A stretch of DNA of 64,000 bases from an uncultured Thermoplasmata archaeon. Lineage in GTDB: Archaea; Thermoplasmatota; Thermoplasmata; Halarchaeoplasmatales; Halarchaeoplasmataceae. Under the pieces are notes generated by a model. It was not told the DNA's origin, made no database searches, and was given only the letters and a program-made list of their open reading frames with translations. The stretch covers positions 5,674 to 69,673 of the forward strand of contig CAYMXS010000005.1 of the NCBI GenBank assembly GCA_964394465.1, given 5' to 3'. This document shows, piece by piece, positions 9,157 to 19,844 of the stretch; position 1 is the stretch's first letter, and every line of letters starts with the position of its first letter. The translations under genes were made by a program, and so were the position numbers.

Positions 9157-10830
9157 CTACATCATGCCGGGTGGCATTCCGCCTCCGCCGGGCATACCGC
9201 CGGGGGCTCCACCGGGTGGGCCGCCGCCTCCTGCTGGGGGACCTTCACCTTCTCCGCCCTTGGAGGCAACAACGTCGTCTATCCGCAGTATCATGTTAGC
9301 GACTTCTGTAGCAGCCTGGATGGCCTGCGTTTTCACTCTGATCGGCTCTATCACCTTGTGATCCACCATGTCCGTTATCTCTCCACTCAGTATCTCTATA
9401 CCGTGGTTGGTCAGTCCCTCTTTTTCATGCGTTGTGTTGAGTTCCATCAGCACGTCTATGCCGTCCATGCCTGCGTTCTCTGCCAGTGTCCTCGGGATGA
9501 TGTTGAGGGCCTCGGCGAAGGATTCAACAGCCAGTTGTTCTCTTCCCTTGATAGTTCCTGCGTACTTCTCCAGTTCTCTGCTGAGTTCTATCTCGGTGGC
9601 TCCTCCACCGGGCAGTATCGCTCCGTCTTCTATTGCCACGCCGACTACCTTAAGAGCGTCATGGATAGCTCTCTCCAGCTCGTCAACGACGTGTTCGGTG
9701 CCGCCGCGGAGCAGGAGTGATACGGACTTGCCCTTGCTGGCTTCCTCTACGAAGGTCATATGGCTGTCTCCGACCAGTTTCTCGTGAACGTATCCCGCGG
9801 AACCCAGGTCTGTATCCTCCAGGTCCTTCAGGTTGGTCACTATGTTTCCGCCTGTGGCCTTCGCTAGTTTCTTCATATCGGATTTCTTGACCCTTCTTAT
9901 GGCGAGGATGCCTTCCTTTGCTAAATAGTGCTGAGCCAGATCGTCTATTCCCTTCTGGCATAAGAGTACGTTAGCACCGACATCCTTGACCTCTTCGACC
10001 ATCTTCTTGATGCTCTCCTCTTCCTCATCTATGAAAGATTGAAGCTGATCTGGATTGGTGATCTCTATCTCTGCATCGACTTCTGTCTCTTTTATCTCTA
10101 GAGCGGAGTTGAGAAGTGCTATCTTAGCGTCTTTGACTTCCTTCGGCATGCTAGCATGTAGTCTCTCTTTATCGAGCAGGATACCGTCTATCAACTCTGT
10201 ATTCTCTACGCTGGCACCTGCTTGTTTCTCGACCTTCACGTTGTCTATCTCAACGGAGTAACCTTCTTCCGTTTCCTGAGCTACGTGCCGGATAGCTTCG
10301 ACGGCCATGTTGGCCAATTCTTCTCTATTTCCTTCTATGGCCTTTCCCGTCATAGCGGTCATGGCTATGTCATGCAGCTTGTCTTCGTCGTCTATATCTA
10401 TCTCTATCTTTCTATCTTGGAGAACTTCTTGTGCCTTGTTGGAGGCCATGCGGAAGCCCTTGGCTATGACACTGGGATGTATACCCTGGTCTCTTAGATC
10501 TTCTGCAAGATTCAGGAACTCGCCGGCAAGAACCACTACGGTCGTGGTACCGTCGCCGCACTCGTCATCCTGGCTGTTCGCCACTTCGACGACCATCTTG
10601 GCGGCTGGATGCTCTATATCTATCTCATCCAGTATCGTCGCGCCGTCGTTGGTGATGACGACATCGCCTAGACTGTCCACGAGCATCTTGTCCATGCCCT
10701 TCGGACCCAGCGTGGTCCTCACCGCGTCGGCTATAGCCTTAGCGGCGGCGATGTTCCTCTTTTGAGCGTCTTCTCCTCGTTCTCTCTCTGTACCTTCTTT
10801 TAAAAGTAAGATCGGTTGGTTTCCCATCAT
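9157..10830 (-). CDS. ths: Thermosome subunit (group II chaperonin)
   Basis: [17 protein letters not shown] and [13 protein letters not shown] motifs, plus a Gly/Met/Pro-rich C-terminal tail ([14 protein letters not shown]). Confidence 0.95.
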   Translation of the reverse strand: MMGNQPILLLKEGTERERGEDAQKRNIAAAKAIADAVRTTLGPKGMDKMLVDSLGDVVITNDGATILDEIDIEHPAAKMVVEVANSQDDECGDGTTTVVVLAGEFLNLAEDLRDQGIHPSVIAKGFRMASNKAQEVLQDRKIEIDIDDEDKLHDIAMTAMTGKAIEGNREELANMAVEAIRHVAQETEEGYSVEIDNVKVEKQAGASVENTELIDGILLDKERLHASMPKEVKDAKIALLNSALEIKETEVDAEIEITNPDQLQSFIDEEEESIKKMVEEVKDVGANVLLCQKGIDDLAQHYLAKEGILAIRRVKKSDMKKLAKATGGNIVTNLKDLEDTDLGSAGYVHEKLVGDSHMTFVEEASKGKSVSLLLRGGTEHVVDELERAIHDALKVVGVAIEDGAILPGGGATEIELSRELEKYAGTIKGREQLAVESFAEALNIIPRTLAENAGMDGIDVLMELNTTHEKEGLTNHGIEILSGEITDMVDHKVIEPIRVKTQAIQAATEVANMILRIDDVVASKGGEGEGPPAGGGGPPGGAPGGMPGGGGMPPGMM

Positions 10831-10967
10831 GTTTTTTCACCTTTGTTCTATATCGTATTGGCCGGATGATTGATGTTCTATATAATAGTTTTGGTCGGCC
10901 GTATCATCTTCCAAAACAACTGGATAAGAAAATAGAAAAATAGAAAGGATTTGAAAAGAGCGATTGC

Positions 10968-11399
10968 TCACTCCTCTTCGGGTTCGTGATTATCTGCGGG
11001 CCAGAACTTGTAGCCGTAGTATATAAGCCCTTCAGGACTTTCCTCGCCCAGTCTTCTCATGGATACATCTACCTCCATGCCGGGCTCGACATCTTCCATG
11101 TCCGCGTCCACTAGATGGCCGGTCACTCTAACGCCTTCTTCCATCTCCACAATGGCCATTATATAGGGCGTCATCATCTTGAACTCTGGGTTCGGCTCGT
11201 GTATCTCCGTGAACGTTATAACCTCTCCTTTGCCCGAGAGTTCCTTGTCCTCCATCTTGCCTATGCTCTTTCTCCTGCATTCCGGGCATACTTCTCTGGG
11301 CGGGAAGTAGACCTTGCCGCAGTTACCGCATTCTGAGCCTATACCTTTGTACCTCTGATTTATCTCTCTCCAATATCTCGGTATCGTCATTCTGACCAC
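10968..11399 (-). CDS. DUF35 OB-fold/zinc-ribbon protein (thiolase/HMG-CoA synthase complex partner)
   Basis: CGNCGKVYFPPREVCPEC ribbon followed by an OB-like segment. Third gene of the HMGCS-thiolase-DUF35 order typical of archaea. Confidence 0.85.
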   Translation of the reverse strand: MVRMTIPRYWREINQRYKGIGSECGNCGKVYFPPREVCPECRRKSIGKMEDKELSGKGEVITFTEIHEPNPEFKMMTPYIMAIVEMEEGVRVTGHLVDADMEDVEPGMEVDVSMRRLGEESPEGLIYYGYKFWPADNHEPEEE

Positions 11400-12553
11400 C
11401 TCTCGAATATATGGACGACGGCACTTGCGCCCGTTCCACCGATATTGTGGGTTAGGCCGTATCTCGGTTCTTCTACCTGACGTTCTCCGGCGTCCTCTCT
11501 CAACTGAATCACGGCTTCAACGGCCTGATTTATCCCACTGGCACCTACTGGACGTCCCTTCGCTTTGAGACCTCCAGATGTATTAACCGATACTTCTGAG
11601 TTCAACCTCGTATCTCCTCTTTCTGTTGCCGGACCGCCGTCGCCTTTATCGAAGAACCCTAGATCTTCTATGGCCATTATCTCCGTTATGGTGTAGTTAT
11701 CGTGGACCTCTGCGAAGTCGATATCATCCGGTCCTATATCGGCTTGCCTGTAGGCCTCTTCGGCCGCGTCCTCTGTTGCTCTCATGGTTCCCATGTCCTC
11801 ACGGTCATGCACGGCCATGTGGTCTGCGCCCTGACCTACTCCAGCGATCTTGACCGGTTCGCCAGCAAACTCCTCGGCCTTATCGACCGGACAGAGTACA
11901 ACAGCGGCGGCCCCGTCCGATAGAGGAGCACAATCGAACATGCCTAACGGGTCTGCAACCATGGGCATGGACTTGACGAATTCCTTGCTCGTTTCCCTCG
12001 GATACTGAGCGTTGGGATTCTTCGCCGCGTTCTCGTGATTCTTAACGGCTACTTCCGCCAGGTGATCCTTCGTGGTCCCGTGCTCGTTCATATGATAGCG
12101 TGCCATCATAGCGTACAGCGAATCGAATGTGGCTCCGAACACGGTCTCCCATTCCTGGTCCGCCGTGGATGAAAGTATCTCTTTCGCTTCCTCGTCTCCC
12201 ACGTCGGTCATCTTCTCAGCGCCCCCTACCACGACGATATCGTCCATGCCGGAGGCCACGGCTTTATAACCCTCAGCTAAAGCCATGCCTCCAGATGCTG
12301 AACCAGACTCTATACGTAAAGATGGAAGCTCGTGAAGTCCCGAATAATCCGCGATCAGAGGTGCGACGTGCTCTTGATTGATGAGCTTACCTGCGGACAT
12401 GTTTCCTATGTACATCCTATCGATGTCATCTCCGGAAACCCCAGAGTCCTGTATGGCTTTGAGACCGGCCTCGATGCCAAGCTCTCTGAGAGAGCTTTCC
12501 CAAAGCTCGCCTATCTTCGTTTCGCCTATACCTATAACTGCTACGTCTCTCAA
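11387..12553 (-). CDS. Acetyl-CoA acetyltransferase (archaeal thiolase)
   Basis: 388 aa with thiolase-like N-terminus (VAVIGIGETK) and C-terminal NIGGTGASAVV. Overlaps the DUF35 gene by 13 nt. Confidence 0.9.
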   Translation of the reverse strand: MRDVAVIGIGETKIGELWESSLRELGIEAGLKAIQDSGVSGDDIDRMYIGNMSAGKLINQEHVAPLIADYSGLHELPSLRIESGSASGGMALAEGYKAVASGMDDIVVVGGAEKMTDVGDEEAKEILSSTADQEWETVFGATFDSLYAMMARYHMNEHGTTKDHLAEVAVKNHENAAKNPNAQYPRETSKEFVKSMPMVADPLGMFDCAPLSDGAAAVVLCPVDKAEEFAGEPVKIAGVGQGADHMAVHDREDMGTMRATEDAAEEAYRQADIGPDDIDFAEVHDNYTITEIMAIEDLGFFDKGDGGPATERGDTRLNSEVSVNTSGGLKAKGRPVGASGINQAVEAVIQLREDAGERQVEEPRYGLTHNIGGTGASAVVHIFERWSE

Positions 12554-12554
12554 A

Positions 12555-13628
12555 TTACCAGCCTCCTTCTATCTTCTCTCTAAATTTAGCATACCTCGAA
12601 TAAGTGATGAACTCTTCGTTCTGGATGACGTCTTTTACCAGCGGAGGTGATCGTTCCTCCACCCTTTCGATGTTCTCTGTCACGGTTACATCGAAGGCGT
12701 CGGATCCGGCCCCCGAACCGTAAGACGTGACCAGTATCCGGTCGTCAGGTTCAGCCTGGTCCAGGGTCGCGGCTAGGCCAAGGGGAACCGCGCCTGAGTA
12801 TGTGTTCCCTATCCTGGTGACTAGAAGACCGGGGTCTATCTGCTCCTGAGAGAAGCCCATCTTCTTGGCGGCCTTGGACGGGAACTTACCGTTGGGCTGA
12901 TGGAAGACCGCGTAGTCGTAATCCTCCGGTCCCGTTCCGGCTTCGTCCATCATCATATTGGCACATTCCGTCACGTGTTTGAAATAGGCCGGTTTCCCTG
13001 TGAACCTTCCCCCATGCTGCGGGTACTTTTCTCCCTCACGTCTCCAGAAGTCAGGAGTATCGGTCGTATAGGAACATGTATGGTTTATCTCCGCAAGAAG
13101 GTCATCCTTCCCTATCACATAAGCGGCTCCGCCTGCCGCCGCGGAGTATTCCAAAGCGTCTCCTGGAGCCCCCTGGGATGTATCGGCACCTATGGCTAGG
13201 CCGTTCTCGATCATGCCGGAACTGACCAGACCCATACAGGTCTGGAAAGCCGCTGTTCCAGCCTTACAGGCGAACTCGTAGTCCGCTGCGGTCATGTCCG
13301 GTGAAGCGGCGAGAGAAGCTGCCACGATCGTAGCCGTTGGCTTAACCGCATAGGGATGAGATTCAGAGCCAACGTATATCGCCTCTATATCTTCTCCGTC
13401 TAACTCCGACCTTTTTAGTGCCCAGCGGGCGGCCTGTGTAGCTATAGTTATAACGTCTTCATCCGGGGACGGGACGGATTTACTGTTTATCCTGAGACTC
13501 CTTCCCATCATCTCGCCGTCCTTGCCCCAGACGTCTCCTATCTCCTTGGGCGTTATCCTATACCTCGGCACATATCCTGCGTATCCTCTTATACCAACAT
13601 CATTATCCGGTTTCATATATATCAACAT
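12555..13628 (-). CDS. Hydroxymethylglutaryl-CoA synthase
   Basis: [15 protein letters not shown]-terminus, and [11 protein letters not shown] near the C-terminus. The true start is possibly the second Met (13616). Confidence 0.9.
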   Translation of the reverse strand: MLIYMKPDNDVGIRGYAGYVPRYRITPKEIGDVWGKDGEMMGRSLRINSKSVPSPDEDVITIATQAARWALKRSELDGEDIEAIYVGSESHPYAVKPTATIVAASLAASPDMTAADYEFACKAGTAAFQTCMGLVSSGMIENGLAIGADTSQGAPGDALEYSAAAGGAAYVIGKDDLLAEINHTCSYTTDTPDFWRREGEKYPQHGGRFTGKPAYFKHVTECANMMMDEAGTGPEDYDYAVFHQPNGKFPSKAAKKMGFSQEQIDPGLLVTRIGNTYSGAVPLGLAATLDQAEPDDRILVTSYGSGAGSDAFDVTVTENIERVEERSPPLVKDVIQNEEFITYSRYAKFREKIEGGW

Positions 13629-13664
13629 CCTAGGTCTTGTAAGGTTTATCTTAACAACAAAGGA

Positions 13665-14339
13665 TCAGAGGTCCATCAACTGCTCATTGAGTTCATCGAC
13701 GTCAAGATCCGTCTCCAATAGAGGGATGTTCTCCCTCTCCGCTAGCTTCAAAGAAAGTTTATCCACACGGCCTGGCTTAACATAGCCTACCGCCGCCGGC
13801 GTCAAGGGACTCGAACGGATCGCGACCATGGGAGACCTGCCGTATTCCACACCGGTGAAGAATAGGATCCTCTCCGTACTCCAGCCATAGATACTGAGAT
13901 AATCGAAGGACTTCATGTTCATAATCGCCTTTATACTGTCGATCACCGTATAACCGTAGATGGTCCGTTCCAAGGAATCTTCATCCGATAAGGACCTGAC
14001 GTCAAATCTATCCAAAAGAGTAGCGATCTGGATCGGTCTATGGAACTCACCCATGTTCAGGATACCTTCCTCTCCTGGCTTGGAGAAACGCTCGATCACT
14101 TCGCCGCCTCTTCCCTTGTCTATCTCTATAAGAGAAGAAACGACTTTCTTTACCAGAGGAGTGCCCGGTTTCCGGCGGCCCTTTTCATAGTCGCTGATAA
14201 CTGAAGAAGATATATCCATGTGACCAGCTAGGTCCGTCTGTGAGGTGTCAAAAATATTCCTCCACTTACGGATGATCTCACCTGGGTCGTCCGCAAGAGC
14301 TATCTCGCCAGCTATCTTTTCCTCTAGTTCCAATCTCAC
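13665..14339 (-). CDS. XRE-family HTH transcriptional regulator with a C-terminal domain of unknown function
   Basis: Cro/C1-type HTH (SQTDLAGHMDISSSVISDYEKGRRKP) in a 224-aa ORF. Confidence 0.7.
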   Translation of the reverse strand: MRLELEEKIAGEIALADDPGEIIRKWRNIFDTSQTDLAGHMDISSSVISDYEKGRRKPGTPLVKKVVSSLIEIDKGRGGEVIERFSKPGEEGILNMGEFHRPIQIATLLDRFDVRSLSDEDSLERTIYGYTVIDSIKAIMNMKSFDYLSIYGWSTERILFFTGVEYGRSPMVAIRSSPLTPAAVGYVKPGRVDKLSLKLAERENIPLLETDLDVDELNEQLMDL

Positions 14340-14416
14340 GGGTTGATGTAATCAGGGCTGGTATATAAAATTGTCGAAAGTGGTTTTAGACGATGGTCTA
14401 ATATTTGCAGGTGCGG

Positions 14417-14920
14417 TCATTCCTTCCTTACTACCCAAAGGCTGGTTTTCTTCTTCTGAGAGCCGATCATCCCGTTCTGTACCGCGGTGATGATCATCTT
14501 TCCGTTCTCCTGGTTGGGTTCGAGCCTTATGTCCTCCTTATCCAGTACTACGGATATCTGGCCAGTGTAATTAGTCGTACCTGAAGCGTCTGCACCGCAT
14601 CCCGTTATATGAACGTCTATATTCTGCATGGGGTCTCCGTTCTCATCCCGTACATAGACCACTATATACGGATCATCGTCAGGTTTGGCGGTTCCGTCGT
14701 CCAAGATACGGTCACACTCCAAGGGCGCATCCGGCCTACCGCCGTACCTGTGTGTTACTTTTGCCTCGACTCTATCTATCGTTGGAGAGGAAGTCACCAG
14801 GAATCCCAGTATGGCACTCAATGAAACAACGGCGATCAGCACGATCAGAAGAATATAGAGCGGTATACCCATGATCTGGCCGCTCTGGTCACCTTTCAAT
14901 CTCCGGGGTATATCTCTCAT
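14417..14920 (-). CDS. Hypothetical membrane-anchored protein
   Basis: 167-aa ORF with one N-terminal TM (IPLYILLIVLIAVVSLSAILGFLV) and a probably beta-rich ectodomain. No recognised motif. Confidence 0.45.
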   Translation of the reverse strand: MRDIPRRLKGDQSGQIMGIPLYILLIVLIAVVSLSAILGFLVTSSPTIDRVEAKVTHRYGGRPDAPLECDRILDDGTAKPDDDPYIVVYVRDENGDPMQNIDVHITGCGADASGTTNYTGQISVVLDKEDIRLEPNQENGKMIITAVQNGMIGSQKKKTSLWVVRKE

Positions 14921-14973
14921 GTTTCCACCTTGTCTTCGGTCAAGTTCATCGAAGTTTATATAGGTTTTTCTTT

Positions 14974-15498
14974 TTAGGGTTCACCTTTGATCATCATGTT
15001 CAGGTCTCTTTTTCCCCTCAATCTTTCAAACTCAACCTCACACCTTCCACAGTACCATCCTGACTTTCTATCCGTATCCGACAGGCTGTTCGAGAAGTGC
15101 ATCACGCAGTTCGGGTCGCTGCAGTGGTTAAGACCTATAACATGGCCCAGTTCGTGGACCGCCTCCTTCTCCATCCTCTCGATCAGTTGTGGACCACTTC
15201 CCAGACGATGTGTGGATATGACGCACCCCCAACCGGATAGATTAGCGGTGCCGAAAACGAAGTTAAGCCCCTCTGTATAGAGGTCCACACCGGTGACGCC
15301 TATGACGAGCTTTTCCTTTGCTCTACCTATATTTTCACATAAGTCCACGTAATCATCGGACTTGTACTGTCTCCGTCCTTCAGAGTACGCGTTCTTCAGG
15401 TCTTCACGAACATCTAGAACTCTATTCTTGAACGGGATATTCTCACTCAGTATATTCGATTCTTCCTCGGCGCTTTCAAAGGGCGATATGAGGACCAT
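14974..15498 (-). CDS. amzA: Archaemetzincin (peptidase M54)
   Basis: HELGHVIGLNHCSDPNCVMHFSNS...CGRC matches the HExxHxxGxxHCx4CxM...CxxC archaemetzincin signature. Confidence 0.9.
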   Translation of the reverse strand: MVLISPFESAEEESNILSENIPFKNRVLDVREDLKNAYSEGRRQYKSDDYVDLCENIGRAKEKLVIGVTGVDLYTEGLNFVFGTANLSGWGCVISTHRLGSGPQLIERMEKEAVHELGHVIGLNHCSDPNCVMHFSNSLSDTDRKSGWYCGRCEVEFERLRGKRDLNMMIKGEP

Positions 15499-15567
15499 AC
15501 ACGTATAAGTAATAGAGGCAAAATATTTAATTCATCCCGAGTTGAGTGCAGAAAAGGTTCGATCAAA

Positions 15568-16326
15568 ATGTCAGTCCGTTATATACCACCGATAGAGGCC
15601 CGTGCAGAACGTCAGATGGCCATCGATGAGGCGATCCTCAGGAGCTATGACGAAGGCGAATGTCCACCCACGATACGGTTCTTCAGGTTCAAACCGTCAG
15701 CCATAACCATAGGGTACAGTCACGACGTACAGGACGTGATACACGAAGAAGAATGTAAAGACCTAGATATCCCTTTTGTCAGGAGGGCGACCGGTGGAGG
15801 CACCGTATTTCACGATCATCAGGGAGAGATCACCTATTCTATGGTCACCGAGAAGGTAGAAGGCAACATAGAAGACAGTTTCTATCAGAACCTCAAACCC
15901 ATAATAAAAACCTTGGAAAACTACGAGTTGGATGCGAAATTCAAGCCATACAACGATATCCTTGTCAACGGAAAAAAGATATCTGGAAGTGCCCAGAGGA
16001 GAGGTAAAAGGGGACTTCTTCAGCACGGCACACTGATGTACGCCACCGATATAGAAACTTTGACATCTATACTGAAGATAGATGAAGATAAACTGAAAGA
16101 AAAGGGAGCGTCTTCATTCTCAGACCTGGTAACGACCATCGAGGACGAGACCGGGTGGAAACCAGATCCAGAAGAACTTATCCAGGAGATGAAGGAAGCC
16201 TACGCGTCGATTCTAGAGGTCGAGCTAGAGGAGGGCGAACTGACCGACAAAGAGAAAGAGAGCGCTAAAAGATTGGAGGAAAAATACGGATCGGAGGGGT
16301 GGACCTATGACAGAAGATGGGGCTGA
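15568..16326 (+). CDS. lplA: Lipoate-protein ligase A family protein (BPL/LPL catalytic domain)
   Basis: RFFRFKPSAITIGY, RRATGGGTVFHD and KISGSAQRR motifs of the lipoate/biotin ligase catalytic fold. Confidence 0.8.
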   Translation: MSVRYIPPIEARAERQMAIDEAILRSYDEGECPPTIRFFRFKPSAITIGYSHDVQDVIHEEECKDLDIPFVRRATGGGTVFHDHQGEITYSMVTEKVEGNIEDSFYQNLKPIIKTLENYELDAKFKPYNDILVNGKKISGSAQRRGKRGLLQHGTLMYATDIETLTSILKIDEDKLKEKGASSFSDLVTTIEDETGWKPDPEELIQEMKEAYASILEVELEEGELTDKEKESAKRLEEKYGSEGWTYDRRWG

Positions 16327-17242
16327 TTTGGATAAGATAAGGGCCTCAAGCGGCACACTCATGGAGCTCGGACTTAAGTCGGGAGAAGCGCTGGAAAAAC
16401 CTACAACTGCATACCTCATGATACCTGGAGGAACCTGCAGGGGAGGCTGCACCTACTGCCCTCAATCCTCAGGCGATTCCAAATGGCTGTCAAGGGTATC
16501 CTGGCCCCTTCATGATACGGAAGAAGTTATAGAAAAGCTGAAAGATAACGATGATCTCAAAAGGATATGTCTGCAGTCCCCAGACATTGAAAGTTACGAG
16601 GAAAAGATAGTCGAGGCCGTGGATCGTTTGAAAAGAGCGGGAAAACCGATCTCACTTTCCGTCCCTCCCCTTAAAAAGGATGTAATCACCAGCGTTAAAA
16701 AAGACGTGGACCGGATAGGTGTCGGCATAGACGCGGTCTCGGATGACCTAAGAAAGAAAACGAAGCCGAACTACGACCCGGCCGTCTTCTGGGACTTCAT
16801 GGGTGATGCGTTAGACGTTCTTGGAGATAAAAAGGTCACGGCCCACCTGATGGTCGGTCTGGGTGAAAACCTGGAAGAAGTCGGCTTCGCAGTGAACAGG
16901 GTTCTAAAATCCGGCGGGACCGTCTCGCTGTTTCCCTACATGACGAAGGAGGAGCAGGTCGACCTGCGGTATTATCGAAAAAGTCAGCTGTTGACTGCCC
17001 TACTGGAAAAAGAGCACACACTGGATGAAGCTCTCCAGATAGTACAAAACAGGCCCTCAGAAGCCCTTGATTCAATAGAAAAAGGTGACACGTTCTGTAC
17101 ACAGGGCTGCCCTGGATGCAATAGACCGTTCTATACGACGAGACCCGGACACGAGCATAGAAACTTTCCAAGGGTGCCGGACGAAGAGGAGGTAAAGGAA
17201 ATAAAAAGAGAACTGGATATAACTGAAGAGGTATCAAGATGA
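16307..17242 (+). CDS. Radical SAM protein (possible LipS-type lipoyl synthase component)
   Basis: CRGGCTYC (Cx3Cx2C) near the N-terminus and a second Cys cluster CTQGCPGC near the C-terminus. 20-nt overlap with lplA. The lipoyl synthase assignment is inferred from synteny only. Confidence 0.6.
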   Translation: MTEDGADLDKIRASSGTLMELGLKSGEALEKPTTAYLMIPGGTCRGGCTYCPQSSGDSKWLSRVSWPLHDTEEVIEKLKDNDDLKRICLQSPDIESYEEKIVEAVDRLKRAGKPISLSVPPLKKDVITSVKKDVDRIGVGIDAVSDDLRKKTKPNYDPAVFWDFMGDALDVLGDKKVTAHLMVGLGENLEEVGFAVNRVLKSGGTVSLFPYMTKEEQVDLRYYRKSQLLTALLEKEHTLDEALQIVQNRPSEALDSIEKGDTFCTQGCPGCNRPFYTTRPGHEHRNFPRVPDEEEVKEIKRELDITEEVSR

Positions 17243-17892
17243 AGAAAGTCGAGAAGACCATGGAATCCTACAACGAGATTGCTGAGAGCTACTGCCAGAA
17301 GACAAGTGAAGGCGGTGACAGAGAACTGCAGGAGAGGATTATCGATAAAACCGTAAAGATGGTCCGCTCGAGAACGAAAGGGGAGGCACCGGGAAAACCA
17401 AGGATGATCGATTTAGGCTGCGGCGATGGAAGAGACACTTCTTACCTGAAGAACAAGGGCATGGACGTGGTCGGCATAGACCTCTCGATCAGCATGATAC
17501 AGTTAGCTAGAAGAAAGTATCCGGACTGCTCTTTCATCCACGGGGACATGAGAGACACAGTCTTTCCGGACGATACCTTCCATGGGGCCTGGGCAAGCGC
17601 TTCGATAATAAATCTTCCCAAATCGGAGTTATCTAGTTTAGAATCCGAGGTTTTCAGGATACTGGATAGGAACGGTATCTTCACCTTCAGCTTCAAAAAA
17701 GGCCAGGGAGAGGGCTTCGAAGAGGAAGGCGTGATAGACGGACATCCACGCTACTTTGCTTACTACACGCTCCAGGAACTTCGTGAGAGATTTAGCCTGT
17801 TCGAGATAATAGACAGTGAGGAATGCACAGAGGAGATATTCGGATCCAAATTCGTCTACTGTTGGGCGGAGCCCATGAAGCATAAAAAGTAG
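17239..17892 (+). CDS. Class I SAM-dependent methyltransferase
   Basis: Motif I MIDLGCGDGRD. ATGA overlap with the radical SAM gene. Confidence 0.8.
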   Translation: MKKVEKTMESYNEIAESYCQKTSEGGDRELQERIIDKTVKMVRSRTKGEAPGKPRMIDLGCGDGRDTSYLKNKGMDVVGIDLSISMIQLARRKYPDCSFIHGDMRDTVFPDDTFHGAWASASIINLPKSELSSLESEVFRILDRNGIFTFSFKKGQGEGFEEEGVIDGHPRYFAYYTLQELRERFSLFEIIDSEECTEEIFGSKFVYCWAEPMKHKK

Positions 17893-17932
17893 AACCTAAA
17901 GATTTAAAATCAACCTGGATCCCTCTATCACC

Positions 17933-19165
17933 ATGAAGATATCGATACCTTACGGTGAAGAGGAGATAACTGTTGAACTTGCCAGGGAGAAGGTGAACGC
18001 CGTTTTAGAACCGATCGATGTTGAGAGCAAGGACGAAAGTGAACTGATCGAGAGAGCCCTCCAGGAACCGATAGACAAAGAACCTTTCTCGGAATTCGTC
18101 GAGAACGGTACCCTCTTCATAGTGAACGACGCAACGAGAGCGACTCCTACCGCCACCGTTCTCCAAGTGATGAAAGACGTCATCGAAAAGAAAGAAGTTA
18201 AATTCATCGTGGCTAGAGGGTCTCACAGCGATCCCACGGAGGAGGAATACCGGAGAATATTTGGAGAACTTTACGACTCTTTAGATATATACTCACATGA
18301 CGCCGAAGAGGATCCTATGAAAGAGTACGGTGAAACGGAGAGAGGGACGCCAGTGAAGTTCAACGAGCTGCTCGATGAGTCTAAAAAAGTTGTCAATATC
18401 AATTCTGTCGAACCTCACTACTTCGCGGGCTTCACCGGAGGTAGAAAGTCATTTCTGCCCGGTATAGCATCTTACGAGACTATAGAGGAGAACCATTCTC
18501 ACGCCTTGAAGGAGAACGCAAATCCGTTGCAACTGAGAGATAACCCGATACACGAGGACATGATGGAAGCCGTCGGGATGATAGACAAGGATATCTTCTC
18601 TTTGAACTTGACTTTAGACAAGAAAAACAGGGTCTATCACGCCTCTGCGGGAGACGTTAAGGAGTCATTCCTGAAGGAGACGGAGAAAGCGAAGGAAGTC
18701 TTTGCGGTACCGCTAAAGGAAAGGTCAGAAGTGGTGGTCAGTTCGGCATACCCCATGGACGTTAACCTCTACCAGAGTGCAAAAGCCATAGAGAACGGTA
18801 AGTTAGCTTTGAAGAAAGGAGGTATACTCATACTCGTGGCTGAATGCCCCCAGGGGATAGGCCCGCAGAATTTCTACGATCTCCTTAGTTCGATAGATTC
18901 ACCGGAGAAGACCGTCGAGGAGATAAAGAAGGGATACAAACTTGGCTATCATAAAGCGGGGAGGATGGCCGATATGGTGGCCTGCTGGGACAAGTCAGAA
19001 GGTTCAGAGATATGGGGCGTTACAGAACTAGATGACGAGACTCAAAGAAAGGTGTTCATCACTCCAAAGGGTGAATTACAAGAGGCGGTGGATGAAGCTT
19101 TAGAACGCACTGGAGGTAAAGTGACGTTTTTGAAAGAAGGTAGCATGGTCGTCCCCTTGAGCTAG
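17933..19165 (+). CDS. LarA-family protein (nickel-pincer-dependent 2-hydroxyacid racemase/epimerase-like, DUF2088)
   Basis: VEPHYFAGFTGGRKSFLPGI and ENHSHAL resemble the LarA catalytic region. 410 aa. Confidence 0.7.
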   Translation: MKISIPYGEEEITVELAREKVNAVLEPIDVESKDESELIERALQEPIDKEPFSEFVENGTLFIVNDATRATPTATVLQVMKDVIEKKEVKFIVARGSHSDPTEEEYRRIFGELYDSLDIYSHDAEEDPMKEYGETERGTPVKFNELLDESKKVVNINSVEPHYFAGFTGGRKSFLPGIASYETIEENHSHALKENANPLQLRDNPIHEDMMEAVGMIDKDIFSLNLTLDKKNRVYHASAGDVKESFLKETEKAKEVFAVPLKERSEVVVSSAYPMDVNLYQSAKAIENGKLALKKGGILILVAECPQGIGPQNFYDLLSSIDSPEKTVEEIKKGYKLGYHKAGRMADMVACWDKSEGSEIWGVTELDDETQRKVFITPKGELQEAVDEALERTGGKVTFLKEGSMVVPLS

Positions 19166-19178
19166 ATGAATTATGATC

Positions 19179-19844
19179 TCAGATAAAGGACTGGAAAGGT
19201 CCTAAGAAATAGCCTGCGGCTAAGGTTCCACCTATGAGAACTATCAGCATCAGATAGGCCGTTCCGCTCCAGCTGAATATCTTGCGGCCGTCTAACGGCC
19301 CCAGCGGTAAAAGGTTGAAACCGCCGATGAATAGGTTGACGAATGCCACAAAGGCCAGTACGAAGCTGAAGAAAGACGAAAGAGGGAGTGAGAGTGAACT
19401 CAAAACTAGCGAGCCAGCTAAAAAGCCGATGCCGACGAAGCCGTTGGTGGCTGGACCCGCCGCTGAGATCTTTCCGTTCTCCTCTTTGCTAACATGACCC
19501 CTTATCATCACGGCGCCCGGAGCGGCGAAAACGAAGCCGAATAGGCTCATCCCTAGAGCCATTATCAGGCCCATGCGCCACATCCTGAACTCCGCCCAGC
19601 AGCCGTAATCTCTGGCAAGTTTACGATGGGCTAACTCGTGGAATAAAAAAGCGGTCCCTACGGATAGGAGAGAGATACCCAGGAAGATAGGAAAATTAGG
19701 GCTTGTTATACCGTTGATACCTCCGGTAAAAGCTAGAGCAAAGGCAAGAGTCAGAACACCCAGAGCTATAGCTAGATGTTTCTTCTCCGTCGAACTCATG
19801 CCGCCTTGCTTTACATCTACGGTCATATTGTACTGTGGTCTCAT
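19179..19844 (-). CDS. Site-2 protease family metalloprotease (peptidase M50)
   Basis: HELAHRKLAR (HExxH) and NLLPLGPLDGRK motifs in a polytopic membrane ORF. Confidence 0.8.
   Translation of the reverse strand: MRPQYNMTVDVKQGGMSSTEKKHLAIALGVLTLAFALAFTGGINGITSPNFPIFLGISLLSVGTAFLFHELAHRKLARDYGCWAEFRMWRMGLIMALGMSLFGFVFAAPGAVMIRGHVSKEENGKISAAGPATNGFVGIGFLAGSLVLSSLSLPLSSFFSFVLAFVAFVNLFIGGFNLLPLGPLDGRKIFSWSGTAYLMLIVLIGGTLAAGYFLGPFQSFI

Noticed and set aside
9164-9361. Pro/Gly-rich 65-aa plus-strand ORF ([19 protein letters not shown]...)
   Set aside because: It is the antisense image of the Gly/Met/Pro tail of the thermosome gene. It has no independent start context, so it is a shadow ORF.
14417-14920. 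Possible additional class III (pilin-type) signal peptide in the 167-aa membrane protein
   Set aside because: The N-terminus (RRLKGDQSGQIMGIPLYILL) does not match the G/A-VSPVIA processing context of the three clear pilin paralogs. It is better described as a simple signal anchor.
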